From positions 4,992 to 68,991 of the forward strand of contig CAMBCF010000005.1 of assembly GCA_945864585.1 (NCBI GenBank): DNA of 64,000 bases, in the 5' to 3' direction. This document shows positions 56,668-64,000 of the stretch, piece by piece. A program made the position numbers and the translations under genes. Each line of letters starts with the position of its first letter. Positions within the stretch are counted from its first letter, which is position 1. This stretch comes from Bordetella parapertussis (lineage in GTDB: Bacteria; Pseudomonadota; Gammaproteobacteria; Burkholderiales; SG8-41). A model generated the notes under the pieces. It had not been told where the DNA came from, ran no database searches, and saw nothing but the letters and a program-made list of their open reading frames with translations.

Positions 56668-58749
56668 CTACGCCCGCTCCTTGGCGATGTTGCCGCCGGC
56701 GATGTAGCCGTGGACGAGGGCCCTGCCCAGCCCATGCTGGTTGCCGCCGCCGCTAGCCTCTCCTCCGCTGTAGAGGCCGGGGATGATCTCGCCTTGCGTG
56801 TCGGCGACCTGGCCCCTGCCGTTGATCCGCAGGCCTCCATAGGAATCGTGCCAGACCGGGCAGATCGCGGCGGCATAGAAGGGGGGCTTGTCGATCTTGT
56901 GCATCGGCGCGTCCTTGCCGCGCCCGAAGTCGGGGTCTGCGCCCGCGTCCACGTACGAGTTCCACTTGCGCACCGTTTCCGCGAGGTTGCTGAGCGGCAC
57001 GCGCTGGAACTCGTGGCCTTTCTCTATCTTCCGCACCAGCTCCGCGATCGTGTCGGCGCGGAAGAAATAGCCGTTGTCGGCGGTGAAGGGAGGATTGATG
57101 TTCCAGTTGTCGCGCTCGATCGTGCCGCGGTCGAAGATCGCCCACAGCGGCCCGGAGTAGAAGTGCGGGGCCTGGGAGCCCTCGTTCATCGCCATGGCGG
57201 CGTCGAGCGCGGCATTGCCGTTGTACATCTTCCTGACCCAGTCGGGGCTGCAATTGCGCCAGTCGTACTGGACGTGCTCGAGCGAGTGCGTCGGCACGCC
57301 GAAGCGCGGCCCGCCCGGCCAGATGGGGCTCAAGTGGCGCTTCGCGACATTGAGCTCGTTGAAGAAACGCTTACCGACCTGGTTCACGGCGATCAGGTGC
57401 TCGTACGAGCTGGTGCCGAGCGTGATGCCGGTGGACCGGCGGAACGGGAAGGTCGGATGGCCGGGCAGCATGTCGGTGTAGGTGTCGCGCGTCGCCAGCC
57501 GCGGGGGGATGTGGAAGCTCTGGGTGATCCCGAGATTCTGCTGCATACCCGCAAGATTGGCCCCGACGCGCATACCGGCGACGATACCGCTCCCATCCCC
57601 GCCGAGGGGCCCGATTAGCGCCCATCCGCTCGACACGAACGCAGGTTCGTTGAACGCGGGATAGAACATGCTGCGCAATTGCGGATTGGCGCTGTGGCCG
57701 CCGCTGCCGATGAAGATCGCCCTCCTCGCCCGGATGTTGATGGTGGCGCGGCGCTCGTCGATGTTGCCGTTCTGCGCGTAGCTTTCCAGGCGCACCTTGG
57801 TGTCCGGATCGAAGCGCGGGCTGTAGCGCGCCGCGACGCCCAGGACCCGTCCCGAGAACGGCTGCTCGCGGACGATCTCGGTCATCTTCCGGTTGAGCAT
57901 GAACTGGACCCCTTTTCCCCGCGCGCTGAATTCCAGCCCGCGCGTGAGGGCGGCGCCGTTCCACACCGTGCCGGGCCCAGCCCACTGGGCTGCGCTCGCC
58001 ATGAAGCGCGGCGCGAAATGGCTCGAACTCTTGCCCTGGATTCCCGCGTCCTGCCGCGTGACGGTTCCCGCCTTGATGTCCGTCTTGTCGCCGAGCATGA
58101 GGAAGGTGGTCGCACGCCGGGCGCGGGAGACACCGCCCGTCCCGTGCGTGCCCTGGATGCGCGTGAAGCGCACGTAGTTGTCCATGAGGAACTGCCGCGT
58201 GGCGGGACAGTTGTCGGCCCAGGCGCGATGGAGCTCCCGATCGTTGTAGCGGTAGGGCGCGTTCCCGCCAACGTCGAGCACGGACCAGTCGGTCATATCC
58301 CGGAACAGGAAATCGGTATCCTCGGTCATGTCCTGCGGCTTGTGCAGCGGGGGGACCTTGATGAACCCTTCCTTATCGCCCTGGCCGGCGATGTCCCGCA
58401 GCTGGCACGGGTCGCCGCCGCCGAGCGAGATCTGGCCGCCGCTATGCAGCATCTTGCCGCCAACGTCGAAGTTCTGATCGATGATGAGCACGGAGAGGCC
58501 GGCATCCCGTGCCCGGATCGCGCAGGGCAATCCGGAAGCCCCCGAACCGATGACGACAAGGTCCACCTCGTAGTCCCATGTGATGCCGTCGGGGCTTGTT
58601 CCGTGCGCGGAAGGCGTTGCGGCGCAACCGCCGAGAGCTGCCGCGCCGACACCGGCAGCCATGCCTCGCTTGATGAAATCCCGCCGGCTGACCGACGTGC
58701 GCTCCTGCGGCTTGCGTTCTTCCGGTTTGGTGTCTCGCTTTTTAGCCAT
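56668..58749 (-). CDS. Tat-exported FAD-dependent oxidoreductase (fumarate-reductase/succinate-dehydrogenase flavoprotein-like fold)
   Basis: 693 aa; twin-arginine signal SRRDFIKRGMAAGVGAAALGG; dinucleotide fold DLVVIGSGASGLPCAIRARDAG. Confidence 0.8.
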   Translation of the reverse strand: MAKKRDTKPEERKPQERTSVSRRDFIKRGMAAGVGAAALGGCAATPSAHGTSPDGITWDYEVDLVVIGSGASGLPCAIRARDAGLSVLIIDQNFDVGGKMLHSGGQISLGGGDPCQLRDIAGQGDKEGFIKVPPLHKPQDMTEDTDFLFRDMTDWSVLDVGGNAPYRYNDRELHRAWADNCPATRQFLMDNYVRFTRIQGTHGTGGVSRARRATTFLMLGDKTDIKAGTVTRQDAGIQGKSSSHFAPRFMASAAQWAGPGTVWNGAALTRGLEFSARGKGVQFMLNRKMTEIVREQPFSGRVLGVAARYSPRFDPDTKVRLESYAQNGNIDERRATINIRARRAIFIGSGGHSANPQLRSMFYPAFNEPAFVSSGWALIGPLGGDGSGIVAGMRVGANLAGMQQNLGITQSFHIPPRLATRDTYTDMLPGHPTFPFRRSTGITLGTSSYEHLIAVNQVGKRFFNELNVAKRHLSPIWPGGPRFGVPTHSLEHVQYDWRNCSPDWVRKMYNGNAALDAAMAMNEGSQAPHFYSGPLWAIFDRGTIERDNWNINPPFTADNGYFFRADTIAELVRKIEKGHEFQRVPLSNLAETVRKWNSYVDAGADPDFGRGKDAPMHKIDKPPFYAAAICPVWHDSYGGLRINGRGQVADTQGEIIPGLYSGGEASGGGNQHGLGRALVHGYIAGGNIAKERA

Positions 58750-58812
58750 GTCACTCTCCCTTGCTGTTGCCGCAGCATACTCGACGCTGTGCCTCGCGCC
58801 TTTGGTTGCCGA

Positions 58813-58935
58813 TTATTTCCTGCGAGCGGGCGCGCCGAGCGTAGCACCGGAATCGACCACCAGCACCTGCCCGGTTACCGCGCCTGCACCCTCGATCAGC
58901 CAGCACACCGCAGACGCAATGTCCTCCGGATCGAC
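58813..58935 (-). pseudogene. short-chain dehydrogenase/reductase, C-terminal remnant (40 codons)
   Basis: VDPEDIASAVCWLIEGAGAVTGQVLVVDSGATL is a classical SDR C-terminus; nothing SDR-like upstream. Confidence 0.55.
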
Positions 58936-58975
58936 GGAGGGTAGAAATTTTAAACACCATTTTTCACCAACCCTC

Positions 58976-59004
58976 AATCTATCCCCCGCCCGGCAAACAG
59001 TCAA
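58976..59004 (-). promoter_or_regulatory. recurring promoter module, copy B (TTGACT-17-TAGATT)
   Basis: Minus strand: acgcGGTTGACT 59004-58999, TAGATT 58981-58976; points into the SDR remnant and flavoprotein operon. Confidence 0.5.
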
Positions 59005-59145
59005 CCGCGTGAAGTTTAGACAAGGACGCATCGAGGAAATGCGGCATTATTGTTAAGCTGTTCTTATTCTTATATACAGTATTTCCATTATCCCCCAGCA
59101 CCGCAGCCAGTGATGCTGCAGACCCTGTTTAACATTTTTACCACC

Positions 59146-59938
59146 ATGTCTGCCCTCCCCGCCTACGCCGAGCTGCATTGCCTTTCCAACTTCACCTTCG
59201 TGCGCGGCGCATCACATGCCGAAGAACTGGTCACGCGCGCACAGGCGCTGGGCTATGGCGCACTGGCCATCACCGACGAATGTTCGCTGGCAGGTGTGGT
59301 GCGCGCGCATGTCGCCGCCAGGCAGCACGGGTTCAAGCTCATCATCGGCACCGAAGTGCAAATCGATGACGGCCCGAAGCTTGTGCTGCTGGCGACCAAC
59401 CGTGAAAGCTACGGCCACATTTCAATGCTCATCACACGCGCGCGCAGGCGCGCGGTGAAGGGCAGCTATCGGCTGACGCTGGCTGATCTGGAACAAAATC
59501 TCGATCATTGTTTGGCGCTGCTGATTCCGGGCCAGCAGCCCGATTCTGAACACGCGAACTATCTTGCCCGCCGTTTTCCGCAGCGCGCATGGATCGCCGT
59601 CGAGCTTTTGAACGGTCCCAACGACCACGCACAACTTGAAGCGCTGCGTGAACTCTCCGCGCAAAGCGGCCTGCCGCTGGTCGCCAGCGGCGATGTACAC
59701 ATGCACCTGCGCTCGCGCAAACCGTTGCAGGATACGCTGACTGCCATACGCCACGGCGTCACGCTCGCTGCAGCCGGGCATCGGTTGCAGCCCAATGCTG
59801 AACGGCATCTGCGCGCGCGCGGCGCGCGCGCGCATTTATCCGCCCGAGCTGCTGGCCGAAACACAGCGCATCGCTGATCTGTGTGATTTCTCGCTCGACA
59901 TTCTGCGTTACGAATATCCGCACGAACTGGTGCCTTAA
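59146..59938 (+). pseudogene. dnaE2: error-prone DNA polymerase DnaE2 (ImuC), N-terminal PHP-domain fragment with frameshift and truncation
   Basis: MSALPAYAELHCLSNFTFVRGASHAEELV..ALAITDECSLAGVVRAH; frame breaks inside the GC-repeat 59811-59833, homology resumes in +1 frame ([33 protein letters not shown]) and ends at stop 59936-59938; about 260 of about 1000 codons. Confidence 0.8.
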
Positions 59939-59984
59939 AATGGGTCAATTTTCGGTCAGTGGCAACAGACTGAACCTCAAGCCG

Positions 59985-60608
59985 TGACTCTACAAAGCGT
60001 TCTGATAGTCGTGTCGCAACGGTACCAGGATGTATTGCCACGCAGATTGCATCGGGCCGAGTGCGTCCCAATTCAATTGCCGCTGTGCGCACGATTTGAT
60101 TGAGTGCCGCCTTCGACGCACGGTAGCTGTACCATCCGCCCAATCGATTATCGCTGATGCTGCCTACGCGTGCGGACAGGGTGGCGAATACGCATTTGCC
60201 AACAGCCGGCAGCATGGGCAGGAAACATTTCATGAGTAGCGCCGGCCCAATAGCATTGACTGCGAAAGCGTGCGCCATAGAAGCGGCACTCACTTGCCGC
60301 CAGGTCTTTTCGGCTACGCATGCATCGCCCTCCAATACACCGGTCGCGTCGATGACCAGCCGTATCCGCAGATTCCGGTGGGCGACGTCTGCCGCGACGG
60401 CTTCGATACTCGACGGTAAGGCCAAGTCGAGTGCGATTGCACTCGAGCGGGAATATCCCAGAACGCCCGAGAAACCACCCGTAGCCTCCAACTTCGCCGT
60501 GAGGGCGCGGCCAATCCCTCCACTAGCACCAAAAACTACCGCAGTACCGCCCAAAGGATATGACGCGAGACAGGATGCTGATTCGATGCTCAGGCCTTTT
60601 TCGCCCAT
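59985..60608 (-). CDS. SDR-family oxidoreductase (C-factor-like), probably 3'-truncated
   Basis: Within ORF 59559-60710; GTAVVFGASGGIGRAL..YSYRASKAALN..IHPGTVATRLSERF then Arg/Cys-rich junk antisense to dnaE2; start (60608) uncertain and overlaps the HiPIP 3' end. Confidence 0.55.
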
Positions 60609-60898
60609 ACGACGCACCAACCTTTGCCGTTTACCAGCTTGCCGCCCACGGCTCCGCACGCACCCCAAGGATCGGTGGGCTTCGCCTGATAGAGCTGACA
60701 GTTGGCGCAATCGCGGCCAGCCGCGTAGGCCGGATATTTCTTCGCATCGACTTTGCTGGCGTCGTGCTTGTAGCCCAATGAGACAGCCAGCGGGTCGGAT
60801 TCTTCAAGACGGGCGGGCTGTGCGGATGCTTTGCGATTCAGGGCCAACACGAGCGTGGCGGCAGGGATGGCACAAATAATGTGGCGACGTGTAGTCAT
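60590..60898 (-). CDS. high-potential iron-sulfur protein (HiPIP) with Tat-type signal
   Basis: Within ORF 60590-61291; MTTRRHIICAIPAATLVLA..; Cys pattern ..CANCQLY..WGACGAVGGKLVNGKGWCVVWAKKA. Confidence 0.8.
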   Translation of the reverse strand: MTTRRHIICAIPAATLVLALNRKASAQPARLEESDPLAVSLGYKHDASKVDAKKYPAYAAGRDCANCQLYQAKPTDPWGACGAVGGKLVNGKGWCVVWAKKA

Positions 60899-60933
60899 GA
60901 TTGCTCCTGTAAGGGTTGTAGGGAATACCAGGG

Positions 60934-61293
60934 TTAACGACGAAACTTTTCCGGCGAAGCATCGCTCGCAGCAGCAGGGGCGCGCCAATAGCGCCGCAGA
61001 CGCAGGAAGCCGTCGTACAACTTGTCGAGCGCCAAAAGGGTTGGACGGTTGGCACGGATTCGCGCAAGCCAGGCGAACGCAGGCAGTTGCTTCCAGATTT
61101 CGACAAATGCCGCAGCGCCTGACACCAGCGTTCCATTCCCGCGCCGAACATGCAGGCGGCGCATCGCCGAAACCCGATCCAGATCGGTGCTGAGCGCAGC
61201 TTCTTCGCAGCGCGATGCATCCACCCAATGGATGTCTTCGCCGCCGCGCAATCGGCGGTGGGTAGAAATTTCGCGGCTGCAAACAGGGCACAT
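60934..61293 (-). CDS. DCC-family (DUF393) thiol-disulfide oxidoreductase; 5' end anomalous
   Basis: 119 aa from MCPVCSREI; the family's preceding strand TVYFDG is encoded in frame upstream of this ATG with no canonical start codon. Confidence 0.6.
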   Translation of the reverse strand: MCPVCSREISTHRRLRGGEDIHWVDASRCEEAALSTDLDRVSAMRRLHVRRGNGTLVSGAAAFVEIWKQLPAFAWLARIRANRPTLLALDKLYDGFLRLRRYWRAPAAASDASPEKFRR

Positions 61294-61338
61294 GCCATCG
61301 AAGTAAACCGTACAGGCTGACGTTAGGCGAGTGAGGTG

Positions 61339-61767
61339 TCAGCTGCCGCGGCTTACCACGGAAGCGGTAGCGATTAGTTCATCAAGCAGTCCCATCGATG
61401 CGCGTCCCGAACACGCATAGGGATTCAGCGCGGCCTTTTCGGAATACTTGAGCAGCAGCGACGGATTGATCTTGGCGATATTTACCTGCCCCATGGTCCA
61501 TCCGCCAAAGCGCCGCTCGGAGATTTCGTCGTAAGTGAGTATCCGCACGTCACGATGGCGATCGTCGCTAACGATTTTGTTGTAAGTGTCGCAGACCTCA
61601 TCACGACCGCCTTCAAGCACTTGGATAAACAGGTCGTCGTTGAAACAAAGTATTCCGGTGATACCTTGTGGTGAATTATTCGCGCGGGACTGTTCCAGTA
61701 TGGAATCCAAAACCATCGTGGACAAGGGGGTGGACGGGCGGCTGGCGTAAAGTAGACGGACTAGCAT
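61339..61767 (-). CDS. BLUF-domain blue-light flavin photoreceptor (short type)
   Basis: 142 aa; MLVRLLYASR...GITGILCFNDDLFIQVLEG...I..D.RH. Confidence 0.85.
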   Translation of the reverse strand: MLVRLLYASRPSTPLSTMVLDSILEQSRANNSPQGITGILCFNDDLFIQVLEGGRDEVCDTYNKIVSDDRHRDVRILTYDEISERRFGGWTMGQVNIAKINPSLLLKYSEKAALNPYACSGRASMGLLDELIATASVVSRGS

Positions 61768-61774
61768 GGCAGCC

Positions 61775-62488
61775 TCAGTTTTTCAGATTGATGAGAGAGA
61801 GGAATTCCCGGCGCAGCGCCGGGTTTTTAAGGAATGAACCGCGCATCACGCTGTTGACCATCTTGGTGCTGGAATCCTTGACGCCGCGCCAGTGCATGCA
61901 AAAATGATCCGCTTCCATCACCACCGCCAGCCCGTCGGGACTGACCTTGGTCATCAGCAATTCCGCCATCTGCGTGATGGCCTCTTCCTGTATTTGCGGG
62001 CGGCTCATGATCCATTCGGCGAGCCGCGAGTACTTCGACAACCCGATCAAGTTCGAATGTTCATTCGGCATCAGACCAATCCATAGTCGTCCCATGATCG
62101 GGCAGAAATGATGGCTGCAAGCGCTGCGCACCGTGATGGGCCCCACGATCATCAGCTCATTGAGGCGCTCGGCGTTGGGGAATTCGGTCACCGGCGGCTC
62201 CGTCACATAGCGTCCGCGAAATACCTCGGTCAGATACATCTTGGCGACGCGGCGGGCGGTGCCCTGGGTGTTGTGATCGCTTACGGTGTCGATCACCAAA
62301 CTTTCCAGAACACCCTGCATCTTGCCGGCCACTTCTTCGAGCAGCGCGTCCATTTCGCCAGGGGCGATATAGGCAGCGATGTTATCGTTGGCGTGATAGC
62401 GCTGGTTCGCGCGTTGAATTCGGGCGCGTACTCTCTGTGAGATCGGCAGGGCGAGATCGTCAGACGGGTGGCTAGAAAGGTCGCTCAT
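61775..62488 (-). CDS. folE: GTP cyclohydrolase I (type 1)
   Basis: 237 aa; ..GTARRVAKMY...VRSACSHHFCPI...VVMEADHFCMHWRGV.. Confidence 0.9.
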   Translation of the reverse strand: MSDLSSHPSDDLALPISQRVRARIQRANQRYHANDNIAAYIAPGEMDALLEEVAGKMQGVLESLVIDTVSDHNTQGTARRVAKMYLTEVFRGRYVTEPPVTEFPNAERLNELMIVGPITVRSACSHHFCPIMGRLWIGLMPNEHSNLIGLSKYSRLAEWIMSRPQIQEEAITQMAELLMTKVSPDGLAVVMEADHFCMHWRGVKDSSTKMVNSVMRGSFLKNPALRREFLSLINLKN

Positions 62489-62613
62489 AATCTTCCATTA
62501 GTGGGTCAAACTGACCGTGATGTAACGCATCATGCTATGTATAAATAGCGTAGACATTTTATTTTATTGAATAAATTAATGCGTCCTGCGCAAGCCAGGG
62601 TGAAGCCGCCGGC

Positions 62614-63585
62614 TCAAATCCTGGATGCCGGTAGTGACAGGCCTTCCGCTTCGGCAACGCGTTTCAAAGCGGTTTCCAACAAAACGCGCGCGCTGCCCGT
62701 GATCTCACACAGGTAGCGATGCAACGCGGCATCGGCCGGGCCGCGGCTTTCGCATTCGGCGCTGTAAGTCTCAAAATTGCCCAGCCGCATCAATAGATCG
62801 GCGAGATGATGTGGACACTCGCAATGCAGCGCCACGGATGCCATGGTGATTTCGACCAGCGCCTTGTTGTCAAATCGTCGAGAAGTGGAGGCCTCTAAGT
62901 GCGGCACGGCGACGGAGGGTGGCAGCCCAAGCAAGGCTTCCAACTGATCGAGATCGATCGGTGAACGCATCAGACTGTAGCCCAAACCACTGAGTTCCTG
63001 CTCAACGGGCTTGGGGCCGAAACCGTATACCACGACAATTCGTTGCGCCCCCAGTTGCTGGGCCAGCGCACGAATCGCCTGTGGCGTTTCGCGTTGCAGT
63101 GTCGGCAACTCGATGAGCAGGGCGTCGGCTTTCACTTTCTGCATCGCCTCGTTCGCGAGCGCCAAATTCGCGCTTGACGCCACCACCTTCAGCGCGGGCA
63201 GTTGATGGCGCTCCAATTGCAAGCTGATCGCTTCACCGGCAACGGCGACGCGTAGCGGCATGCCCATCGCACGCTTTGCGCTGGCACCGGCAGTGCGCGG
63301 CATGGTGGCTATGGCCTCGTCCAGCATCAACTGCAGCGCTTCCCTATGGAGCGCCGCAATGGAGCCAATGGCGTATCCCGAGTTGACTAATTTTTTGATC
63401 AAGGTCAGTCGGGTTACTTCGTTGGGCGAATAAAGGCGCTGTCCCTTTGCGCTCTGACGCGGCCCGACGATGTTGTAACGCCGCTCCCAGACGCGCAGCG
63501 TCTCCACCGGAATGCCGGTGAGCTTGGCCACTGCGCCACTGCGGTATGACGGTCGTTCCGCCGCAAGCGGTTGATTTGATGCCAT
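62614..63585 (-). CDS. MerR-family regulator with B12-binding-like (LitR/CarH-like) middle region and Cys/His-containing C-terminus
   Basis: 323 aa; HTH YRSGAVAKLTGIPVETLRVWERRYNIV; middle ..LRVAVAGEAISLQLE..KADALLIELPTL..RIVVVYGFG.. has Rossmann-like topology but no His at the expected position; C-terminus HCECPHH. Confidence 0.7.
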   Translation of the reverse strand: MASNQPLAAERPSYRSGAVAKLTGIPVETLRVWERRYNIVGPRQSAKGQRLYSPNEVTRLTLIKKLVNSGYAIGSIAALHREALQLMLDEAIATMPRTAGASAKRAMGMPLRVAVAGEAISLQLERHQLPALKVVASSANLALANEAMQKVKADALLIELPTLQRETPQAIRALAQQLGAQRIVVVYGFGPKPVEQELSGLGYSLMRSPIDLDQLEALLGLPPSVAVPHLEASTSRRFDNKALVEITMASVALHCECPHHLADLLMRLGNFETYSAECESRGPADAALHRYLCEITGSARVLLETALKRVAEAEGLSLPASRI

Positions 63586-63709
63586 AAAAATGCTTCAGTG
63601 AACTGTAATTGACCCTATATTATCAGGATTTCGTTCTTCAGAATAGAAAATATAAAGCGATTTTTATAAAATACCAGTTCATTTACGGAATATAGTGTTA
63701 TTATATCGG

Positions 63710-63731
63710 TTCATTATAGCAATGTAATGAA
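63710..63731. promoter_or_regulatory. inverted repeat TTCATTA-N8-TAATGAA, candidate MerR-type operator
   Basis: In the AT-rich 245-bp divergent region between the MerR-like gene and the fasciclin gene; a third TTCATTT half-site lies at 63678-63684. Confidence 0.3.
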
Positions 63732-63831
63732 TACAAAAGCGGTTTAAACAATCGTAACGCGATGGGTTTTTGGTTTGAGGTTCCAACCTTTCTCGCTGCG
63801 CTAGTTCACTTCACACCCTAAAGGAAATCCC

Positions 63832-64000
63832 ATGAAAAAACTGATCTCAGCATTGTTTGTTTCTTTAACCATGGCGTCTGCCGCGAATGCAGCAGATATC
63901 GTCGACACCGCTGTAGCGGCCGGCAATTTCAACACGCTCGCCACCGCGCTAAAAGCCGCCGGCCTAATCGAAACACTCAAAGGCAAAGGCCCGTTCACGG
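63832..64000 (+). CDS. fasciclin (FAS1) domain protein, 5' part; runs off the right edge
   Basis: Not in ORF track. ATG 63832 after AAGGAAA: [56 protein letters not shown]. Confidence 0.8.
   Translation, partial: MKKLISALFVSLTMASAANAADIVDTAVAAGNFNTLATALKAAGLIETLKGKGPFT

Noticed and set aside
59559-60710. 383-aa ORF as one protein
   Set aside because: Only about 208 residues are SDR-like. The remaining C-terminal about 140 residues are Arg/Cys/Ala-rich and lie antisense to the dnaE2 fragment, and the N-terminal 34 residues overlap the HiPIP gene.
60590-61291. 233-aa ORF spanning HiPIP and antisense of the DCC gene
   Set aside because: Only the last 102 residues (from MTTRRH, a Tat-like signal) are HiPIP. 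The upstream part is low-complexity and overlaps the better-supported DCC ORF.
61339-61341. BLUF TGA as a third selenocysteine codon
   Set aside because: I found no stem-loop with an apical GU within the expected distance downstream. BLUF ends at its normal length, and no Cys-homologous position exists there.

Overview
GC-rich proteobacterial chromosomal segment. Six Bug/TctC-type receptor genes or fragments, four family III CoA-transferases and TRAP/GntR modules suggest a Betaproteobacteria (Burkholderiales-like) genome, but sequence alone cannot prove taxonomy. About 60 protein-coding genes are supported. Left to right: (i) acyl-CoA and organic-acid catabolic clusters under GntR regulators (CoA-transferases, double hot-dog MaoC hydratase, fused isobutyryl-CoA mutase IcmF with a BtuF-like protein, MmgE/PrpD, crotonase, acyl-CoA dehydrogenase, CitE-like lyase, GMC oxidoreductase); (ii) GST, an Asp/Glu-racemase-type isomerase, and an orphan CbbQ/NorQ AAA+ plus CbbO/NorD VWA pair; (iii) a housekeeping block (LemA-TPM-TPM, UDG, rimI, tsaB); (iv) amidohydrolase, hydrolase, monooxygenase, GGT and aminotransferase genes; (v) two adjacent genes that the ORF track splits at in-frame TGA codons, which I read as selenoproteins (PrdB/GrdB family and OsmC family), each with a SECIS-like hairpin; (vi) a repeat-bracketed patchwork with an HNH endonuclease, a tight array of four tRNA genes (Asn-His-Lys-Arg) and a 3' remnant of rtcB; (vii) a TRAP transporter plus two convergent pobA paralogs; (viii) nadE, a Tat-flavoprotein/unknown/cytochrome c trio, a decayed dnaE2 and a HiPIP; (ix) a MerR(LitR-like)-folE-BLUF operon. 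Genome-dynamics signals: at least nine gene remnants, REP-like palindromes, a MITE-like element and a recurring minus-strand promoter module. I saw no CRISPR array, rRNA, intact transposase or integrase. All family assignments come from reading the translations by eye; no database search was run.
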